Virus record (IMG/VR): IMGVR_UViG_2718217859_000011
Location: 23,757 to 87,756 of that record
Source: a virus
Taxonomy: Duplodnaviria; Heunggongvirae; Uroviricota; Caudoviricetes
Reading direction: 5' to 3' (one strand)
Length of the DNA: 64,000 bases
The notes under the pieces are model-generated. The model was given only the letters and a program-made list of their open reading frames with translations, was not told the DNA's origin and made no database searches. This document shows, piece by piece, positions 57,758 through 64,000 of this stretch (its first letter is position 1; the number at the start of each line of letters is the position of its first letter). The position numbers and the translations under genes were made by a program.

Positions 57758-58294
57758 ATGTCATTTATTAAAACTTTTTCCGGGAAGCATTTTTATTATG
57801 ACAAGATAAATAAAGACGACATCGTGATTAACGATATCGCGGTTTCCCTTTCAAATATCTGCCGCTTTGCCGGTCATCTTTCTCACTTCTACAGTGTCGC
57901 CCAACATGCGGTGCTTTGCAGCCAGCTGGTGCCGCAGGAATTTGCTTTTGAAGCGTTAATGCATGATGCAACAGAAGCGTATTGCCAGGACATTCCCGCA
58001 CCACTGAAACGCCTTCTTCCTGACTATAAACGGATGGAAGAAAAAATAGACGCCGTAATCCGTGAGAAATACGGGTTACCCCCAGTTATGAGTACACCCG
58101 TGAAATATGCCGATCTCATCATGCTGGCAACCGAACGCCGCGATCTCGGGCTTGATGATGGCTCTTTCTGGCCTGTACTGGAAGGCATCCCGGCAACAGA
58201 GATGTTCAACGTGATTCCACTGGCACCGGGCCATGCCTACGGGATGTTTATGGAACGCTTCAACGAGTTATCGGAATTACGCAAATGTGCATAA
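57758..58294 (+). CDS. HD-domain phosphohydrolase (YfdR-like)
   Basis: ATG at 57758; HD motif region (HLSHFYSVAQHAV, EALMHDATEAY). Confidence 0.55.
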   Translation: MSFIKTFSGKHFYYDKINKDDIVINDIAVSLSNICRFAGHLSHFYSVAQHAVLCSQLVPQEFAFEALMHDATEAYCQDIPAPLKRLLPDYKRMEEKIDAVIREKYGLPPVMSTPVKYADLIMLATERRDLGLDDGSFWPVLEGIPATEMFNVIPLAPGHAYGMFMERFNELSELRKCA

Positions 58295-59163
58295 CTCATG
58301 TAGTTAGTTTTTCTGGCGGGAGAACATCCGCATATCTTGTTCACCTGATGGAAGAACAAAGAAAGGCTGGCAATAACGTCTGCTACATCTTTATGGATAC
58401 CGGTTGCGAACATCCGCTGACATACCGCTTTATCCGGGAGGTTGTGAAGTTCTGGGACATACCACTAACTGTGTTACAGGTCGATATAAATCCTGAGCTT
58501 GGGCAGCCAAATGGTTATACAGAATGGGAGCCAAAGGATATTCAGACACGAATGCCGGTGCTTAAACCGTTTATGGACATGGTTAAAAAGTACGGTACGC
58601 CATACATCGGCGGCGCGTTCTGTACTGACAGGCTAAAACTCATCCCTTTCACGAAATACTGCGATAACCATTTCGGGCGAGGTAATTACATCACATGGCT
58701 GGGTATTCGTGCAGACGAACCCCGTAGGCTGAAACCGAAATCGGGCGTCCGGTATCTTGCCGAGCTGTCAGATTTTGATAAGTCGGATGTTATCCGGTGG
58801 TGGCGAAAACAACCTTTTGATTTGCAAATCCCGGAGCATCTCGGGAACTGTGTTTTCTGCATCAAAAAGTCAACGCAAAAGCTGGGGCTTGCATGTAAAG
58901 ACGAACCAGGTCTGATGCGAGTTTTTAATGAGCTGGTTACAGGCAAACACGTCAGGGATGGTCATCGCAGAACAGGTAAAGACATTATGTACCGTGGTCA
59001 CCTGACGCTTGACGGAATTGCCAGAATGTCTGCCAACAGCGACTACAGAAATTTGTATCAGGCGATGGTACAGGACAGGCGATTCGATACCGGCTCGTGT
59101 TCAGAGTCATGTGAAATCTGGGGTGATCAATTGGAATTGGAATTCGAAGAGGTAGGGGTATGA
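58285..59163 (+). CDS. PAPS-reductase-like PP-loop protein
   Basis: 292 aa; PP-loop SFSGGRTS near the N-terminus. Confidence 0.65.
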   Translation: MCITHVVSFSGGRTSAYLVHLMEEQRKAGNNVCYIFMDTGCEHPLTYRFIREVVKFWDIPLTVLQVDINPELGQPNGYTEWEPKDIQTRMPVLKPFMDMVKKYGTPYIGGAFCTDRLKLIPFTKYCDNHFGRGNYITWLGIRADEPRRLKPKSGVRYLAELSDFDKSDVIRWWRKQPFDLQIPEHLGNCVFCIKKSTQKLGLACKDEPGLMRVFNELVTGKHVRDGHRRTGKDIMYRGHLTLDGIARMSANSDYRNLYQAMVQDRRFDTGSCSESCEIWGDQLELEFEEVGV

Positions 59164-59507
59164 CAACCGAAATTAACTACCATGCACTGCTTGAGCGCGC
59201 ACGGAATAAAGTGCAGAGCATTGAGTTCGCCTTAACACAGAGTGCATTCGCTGAGATTCGCGCTGAGCTTGAAAATGATTTAGAACTGGCACGGATTGCA
59301 CTGGCATCTCTGGAAGTTGAGCCAGATGAACGCGCAGCCTATGAATTATTTATGGAAAAGCGTTTCGGTAAAACAGTCGATCGTCGGAGAGCAAAAAACG
59401 GTGATAACGAGTACATGGCGTGGGATATGGCTCTCGGCTGGGTCGTCTGGCAACAACGCGCTGGCATGAGTCTTTCAACTGCACAACCACAGGAGGGTCA
59501 ACAATGA
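59160..59507 (+). CDS. Hypothetical protein (115 aa)
   Basis: ATGA overlap with neighbours. Confidence 0.4.
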   Translation: MTTEINYHALLERARNKVQSIEFALTQSAFAEIRAELENDLELARIALASLEVEPDERAAYELFMEKRFGKTVDRRRAKNGDNEYMAWDMALGWVVWQQRAGMSLSTAQPQEGQQ

Positions 59508-59698
59508 ACAACTTAATGACAACAAAACAAGTCGCCGAATTCTGTGGCGTTTCAATATCGACGGTGCTTCGCTGGAACAGCGTAAACCGGAGAACTGGCC
59601 AGAAGTACAGGCCTGATTTTCCAGATCCTGATATTAAATCATGCCCAAATAAATGGGCATCACGCAAGATTTACAGGTTTGCAGGAGTTATTGAATGA
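59504..59698 (+). CDS. AlpA/Xis-family DNA-binding protein (excisionase-like)
   Basis: 64 aa; MTTKQVAEFCGVSISTVLRW HTH typical of AlpA/TorI/Xis. Confidence 0.6.
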   Translation: MNNLMTTKQVAEFCGVSISTVLRWNSVNRRTGQKYRPDFPDPDIKSCPNKWASRKIYRFAGVIE

Positions 59699-59987
59699 CG
59701 TATGTGAACAGACACGTCTATGGCACGGTAAGCGTCTGTCTGAGCGATACAGGCACGGACGTTGCTATCCACAAGCATTAATTATCAGGAAACGGGGACC
59801 GCTCCCCAAGCATGATGTATTGAAACGAAGACATTTACACAATGATAGAAAAAATACTAAAATAATGATTCAACTCAAAGAGTTGATGTACATAAAATGC
59901 CTCACCAGCCTAGGTGAACATTTTCATGGGTGGGGAAAAACATGATGTGGACCACACTTCCCCCTCTAAAAAGAGGGGAAAGAGTAT

Positions 59988-59995
59988 GGTTTTGT
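59988..59995. repeat. Target-site duplication GGTTTTGT (left copy) of IS1
   Basis: Identical 8 bp at 60764-60771. Confidence 0.7.
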
Positions 59996-60050
59996 GGTGA
60001 TGCTGCCAACTTACTGATTTAGTGTATGATGGTGTTTTTGAGGTGCTCCA

Positions 60051-60326
60051 GTGGCTTCTGTTTCTATCAGCTGTCCCTCCTGTTCAGCTACTGACGGGGT
60101 GGTGCGTAACGGCAAAAGCACCGCCGGACATCAGCGCTATCTCTGCTCTCACTGCCGTAAAACATGGCAACTGCAGTTCACTTACACCGCTTCTCAACCC
60201 GGTACGCACCAGAAAATCATTGATATGGCCATGAATGGCGTTGGATGCCGGGCAACAGCCCGCATTATGGGCGTTGGCCTCAACACGATTTTACGTCACT
60301 TAAAAAACTCAGGCCGCAGTCGGTAA
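60051..60326 (+). CDS. insA: IS1 InsA
   Basis: 91 aa [23 protein letters not shown]... Confidence 0.9.
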
Positions 60327-60748
60327 CCTCGCGCATACAGCCGGGCAGTGACGTCATCGTCTGCGCGGAAATGGACGAACAGTGGGGCTATGTCGGGGCT
60401 AAATCGCGCCAGCGCTGGCTGTTTTACGCGTATGACAGTCTCCGGAAGACGGTTGTTGCGCACGTATTCGGTGAACGCACTATGGCGACGCTGGGGCGTC
60501 TTATGAGCCTGCTGTCACCCTTTGACGTGGTGATATGGATGACGGATGGCTGGCCGCTGTATGAATCCCGCCTGAAGGGAAAGCTGCACGTAATCAGCAA
60601 GCGATATACGCAGCGAATTGAGCGGCATAACCTGAATCTGAGGCAGCACCTGGCACGGCTGGGACGGAAGTCGCTGTCGTTCTCAAAATCGGTGGAGCTG
60701 CATGACAAAGTCATCGGGCATTATCTGAACATAAAACACTATCAATAA
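60245..60748 (+). CDS. insB: IS1 InsB (expressed as InsAB' by frameshift)
   Basis: 167-aa ORF overlapping insA in the -1 frame. Confidence 0.9.
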
Positions 60749-60763
60749 GTTGGAGTCATTACC

Positions 60764-60771
60764 GGTTTTGT
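60764..60771. repeat. Target-site duplication GGTTTTGT (right copy) of IS1
   Basis: Matches 59988-59995. Confidence 0.7.
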
Positions 60772-60818
60772 TGTACACTAAAGGCCATATGGTTTTTTAT
60801 TATGTTTGGATAAGATAA

Positions 60819-61004
60819 ATGAATGTAATAGCATTTGATGAAATAGAATCTAGCATAGCCGCCAATGATCAGGTTGATTCTATCTGCATTGAATTAACAA
60901 CATTTAATCAAGATAATGTCATTTCATTTGAAAGTAAAAAGAAAAATAAAGAAATTCTTGATGCATTTTTTGAAATAATAAATACTGATATAGTTTTCGA
61001 CTAG
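60819..61004 (+). CDS. Small acidic AT-rich ORF (61 aa) upstream of the deaminase gene
   Basis: Weak; could be a real small protein or a noncoding/sRNA region. Confidence 0.3.
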   Translation: MNVIAFDEIESSIAANDQVDSICIELTTFNQDNVISFESKKKNKEILDAFFEIINTDIVFD

Positions 61005-61091
61005 GTAATTAGCAATGGCTGAAGCAGCAAAAAAACTCCACAAAAGCTGAATGAAAAAAAAGGCTCAACATCGGCATCATCACTTGAGATT

Positions 61092-62609
61092 GTGAATTCA
61101 CGACAATCAAAAGATATTTATCTTGGATTGTGTGGATATGTTGGATGTGGCATGAGAACGATAAACAAAATTATCGAAGAGATATCCAAAGAATGGGGGT
61201 ATAATGTTGTACACATCCGCATAAGTGCGCTTATGGAAAACCCATTATATTTTGAGCCAGCAGCACTGAAGGTATCCGAAAGCACACAAGTTAATAGACA
61301 TTTAAAACTCCAGGATATTGCCAATAAACTTCGTAAACATTACAAAAAAAATGAGTTGCTTGCAGAAGCTGCTATTGCAGCAATCGCAGCAGAGAAAAAT
61401 AATATTGATTATAATAATGATGAATATAAAGGTACTGTCTTCATCATTGATCAATTCAAAAGGCCGGAAGAAATAGAGTTATTCAGAGTTATATATCAGC
61501 ATAATTTCTATTTGTTAGGAGTTTTGCGCGATTTAGATTACCGAATTCCGAATCTCATTGATGACGAATCGACAAAGAACGACCTTCATTTAATTATCAA
61601 TATTGATAATAAATCCTCTGATCCGTATGGACAAAGAACCGGGGAGACCATTCTTGATTCAGATTTTTTTATTAAAAATAACTTCAGCCAAAAAAGTGAA
61701 TTAAAGAAGAAGATTGATCGGTTTTTCGGTCTTATTCATGGCAAAAATGGTTTAACACCAACTTTTAACGAGAAAGGTATGTATGCTGCCTTTTCAACAT
61801 CATTACAATCAGCTTGTTTATCACGTCAAGTAGGGGCTGCACTGTTTGATGATGAAGGGAATTTGCTTGCCGTGGGTAAGAACGACGTACCTAAAGCTGG
61901 TGGCGGGTTGTATAGCAGTGATGATTTTGATAACGATCATCGATGCGTTCACAAAAGTGGTAAGTGTTATAATGATGCAAACAAGCTAAAAATTAAAGAC
62001 CGTATAAAAAGCATATTATCAACCGAAGTAAGAACTGTATTAGGTATTTCCGCAGGACAAACTGTTGCCGATATTAATATAACACGACTTCTAAACAAAT
62101 TAGATAATATTGCAGAAGGCATTTACAAAGACAGCAAAATATCAAGTGTAATGGAGTACTCCAGATCAATTCATGCTGAAATGGACGTCATTACATCAAT
62201 GGCTAGAAAACAAAACGGCGATACTAAAGATAAAATTCTTTTTACGACAACCTATCCCTGCCACAACTGTGCAAGGCATATTGTCGCAGCTGGAATAAAA
62301 AAAGTAGTATATATAGAGCCATTTGATAAAAGCCTTGCTCTTGATCTGCATAATGATGCAATAACAAAGAACGAAGAATCTTCCAAAGTAATATTTTGTG
62401 ATTTTGAGGGGGTATCACCCCGCCGCTACCATAAATTTTTTAGACCAACGGATGAACGTAAAGATGATAAAACAGGGGCTGCAAATAAATTTAATGCTCG
62501 CTACAAAAATCATATAGATGTTCAATATCTTGATGATTATAGAAAGTATGAGACTGTTGTAGCTAAGAAATTTATAAACGAGATTGCTAAACCAGAGTCT
62601 CAGCCATAA
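61092..62609 (+). CDS. Two-domain protein: N-terminal NTP-binding-like domain + C-terminal cytidine/deoxycytidylate deaminase domain (AvcD/dCTP-deaminase-like defence candidate)
   Basis: 505 aa; C-terminal zinc-deaminase signature HAEMDVI ... PCHNCARHIVAAGIKKVVYIEP; N-terminal glycine-rich loop GLCGYVGCGMRT; strongly AT-rich. Confidence 0.65.
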   Translation: MNSRQSKDIYLGLCGYVGCGMRTINKIIEEISKEWGYNVVHIRISALMENPLYFEPAALKVSESTQVNRHLKLQDIANKLRKHYKKNELLAEAAIAAIAAEKNNIDYNNDEYKGTVFIIDQFKRPEEIELFRVIYQHNFYLLGVLRDLDYRIPNLIDDESTKNDLHLIINIDNKSSDPYGQRTGETILDSDFFIKNNFSQKSELKKKIDRFFGLIHGKNGLTPTFNEKGMYAAFSTSLQSACLSRQVGAALFDDEGNLLAVGKNDVPKAGGGLYSSDDFDNDHRCVHKSGKCYNDANKLKIKDRIKSILSTEVRTVLGISAGQTVADINITRLLNKLDNIAEGIYKDSKISSVMEYSRSIHAEMDVITSMARKQNGDTKDKILFTTTYPCHNCARHIVAAGIKKVVYIEPFDKSLALDLHNDAITKNEESSKVIFCDFEGVSPRRYHKFFRPTDERKDDKTGAANKFNARYKNHIDVQYLDDYRKYETVVAKKFINEIAKPESQP

Positions 62610-62615
62610 CTGTTT

Positions 62616-62654
62616 CCACTCCTTATTTCTGTAAGGATAAGGAGTGGTGTTTTT
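62616..62654 (+). terminator. Rho-independent terminator after the deaminase gene
   Basis: ccactcctta...taaggagtgg stem followed by tgttttt. Confidence 0.55.
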
Positions 62655-62761
62655 ATAAGTATAATGACCGTCTCTTCATAAATCGGCAAATCGAAATATC
62701 AGCAACCAGTTAATTATAAGCCAAGAATCATTACTATTTTCTTACTCTGTATGTCTATTCA

Positions 62762-64000
62762 TTATTCAATAGGCTGTCTGTTGGAACCTAAATTAGTGTA
62801 AGTAAGAATCGAATCAACCCTATCCCACCATGCCTGATAGGCTTTACGCTGTTCTTCTAGATAATCGCTCTTATCATAAACTTGCCATACCCCTGGCAGT
62901 TTATGACCGAGCATTATTTCAGCAATATGAGGCGCAGTAAGATCAGAAAAGTTTGTTCGTGCTGTTCGTCTCAAATCATGAAGAGACCAATGAGGAAATT
63001 GATACCCCAAACGCCGCCATGCGTACTGCATTAAATTGTAAGGCAGCGACTGCAATGATGTCCGACCAACTGGCTCCTTGCTTCCTTCCTTGGTAAAAAG
63101 CATATCGGAACCGTTGTTCATAGAGATAACGTATTTTATAAGCTCTTCAACCGGTTCAATAATGGGGCGCTTTAGCGGTTCGCCTGTTATATCACCTGTC
63201 TTATGTCGTTCTGGCGGTACAGTCCATACCTTATTAATGAAATCAAAATCATCCATCCTGGCAGTAATCAGCTCTGAACTACGACAGCCGAAATGCAGCA
63301 ATAGTTTAATGAAGGCCCGGTATTTGGGAACCATTCGAGAACCATCGATCGCAGCATAAAGGATTTTAATTTCATCGTGTGTCAGAAACCGTTTCTTCTG
63401 ACCTTTACGTATATCCATATCTTTACCCGTGATATCCGACAGAGGGCGAGTTTCAATGAGCTTTCTCTTATACGCCCAGACATGGGCCTGCTTTGCGTTA
63501 ATTAGCAATCGGTCTGCTATTGCTGGAGTCTTAGTGCTAAGAGGCTCCAGGACCTCTAACCAATCATGCAATGTAGCTACATCGTGAGGGATAATCCCGA
63601 TTTTAGAGAACAGGTGCAGTTCAAATGAGCGGAGTATCTGCTCAGAACCTTTTTTATTTTTTACACAATATGCGTCATACCAGGCACGGATCACAGACTC
63701 CACCGTCATGGCTTCAGTAGCTTTGCGTTTTTCTGCCTGCTTGACCAATCGTGGATTGCGGTTTGACTCGAGTTCACCACGAAGACGGATAACTTCTTCT
63801 CTGGCCTCTTTTAGTCCAGTTGCCGGGTAAGTTCCGATATCAAGACGCTCACCTTTCCCTGCCCATTGATAACGATATTGGAACACTACGCGACCTTTCG
63901 GTGATACTCTGACAGACAGACCATCCCGATCTGATTTAACCAAAACCTTATCACGTTCCTTTCCAACGACTGAACGCAACCACGCATCAGAAAGCGCCAT
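62762..64000 (-). CDS. Tyrosine recombinase/integrase (prophage integrase)
   Basis: 412 aa; C-terminal catalytic region with R...HxLRR...Y pattern (HDLRRTARTN, LGHKLPGVWQVYD); ATG at the window edge. Confidence 0.85.
   Translation of the reverse strand: MALSDAWLRSVVGKERDKVLVKSDRDGLSVRVSPKGRVVFQYRYQWAGKGERLDIGTYPATGLKEAREEVIRLRGELESNRNPRLVKQAEKRKATEAMTVESVIRAWYDAYCVKNKKGSEQILRSFELHLFSKIGIIPHDVATLHDWLEVLEPLSTKTPAIADRLLINAKQAHVWAYKRKLIETRPLSDITGKDMDIRKGQKKRFLTHDEIKILYAAIDGSRMVPKYRAFIKLLLHFGCRSSELITARMDDFDFINKVWTVPPERHKTGDITGEPLKRPIIEPVEELIKYVISMNNGSDMLFTKEGSKEPVGRTSLQSLPYNLMQYAWRRLGYQFPHWSLHDLRRTARTNFSDLTAPHIAEIMLGHKLPGVWQVYDKSDYLEEQRKAYQAWWDRVDSILTYTNLGSNRQPIE

Larger units (their letters stand above)
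59996..60763 (+). mobile_element. IS1 (768 bp)
   Basis: Terminal repeats GGTGATGCTGCCAACTTACTGAT ... ATCAATAAGTTGGAGTCATTACC; insA and insB ORFs. Confidence 0.95.

Overview
The window is a nested mosaic of mobile elements from an enterobacterial (E. coli-like) chromosome, read from sequence without any database search. A lambdoid prophage occupies both arms. The left arm (1-12951) is on the minus strand and carries Rz/Rz1, a SAR endolysin, an S21-type pinholin, a three-tRNA island, a DNA methyltransferase, a Q-like antiterminator, nin-region genes (two RusA paralogs, DUF968/HNH, KilA-N) and the 3' part of an O-like replication gene with ori iterons. The right arm (51963-64000) carries the 5' part of that O gene, Rha, Cro-like/CI-like immunity genes, an early operon (YfdQ/YfdR-like, PAPS-reductase-like, AlpA/Xis-like), an IS1 copy, an AT-rich deaminase gene and a tyrosine integrase. 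A ~39 kb Mu-like transposable prophage (12952-51962; c, ner, A, B, gemA, mor, lysis, head, contractile tail, two tail-fibre sets) is inserted into the O gene with a 5-bp target duplication ACTTG. An IS66-family element (39394-42092) is in turn inserted into the Mu-like tape-measure gene with an 8-bp duplication. The best candidates for an accessory or defence system are the AT-rich two-domain deaminase gene beside the integrase (AvcD/dCTP-deaminase-like), a convergent two-gene insert inside the lysis cassette, a TerB-like gene with an overlapping small membrane peptide at the position where Stx phages carry stx, an AT-rich multi-pass membrane protein downstream of Q, and an ORF-free structured leader next to the immunity region. 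All protein assignments rest on motif and family recognition by eye and need homology searches to confirm.
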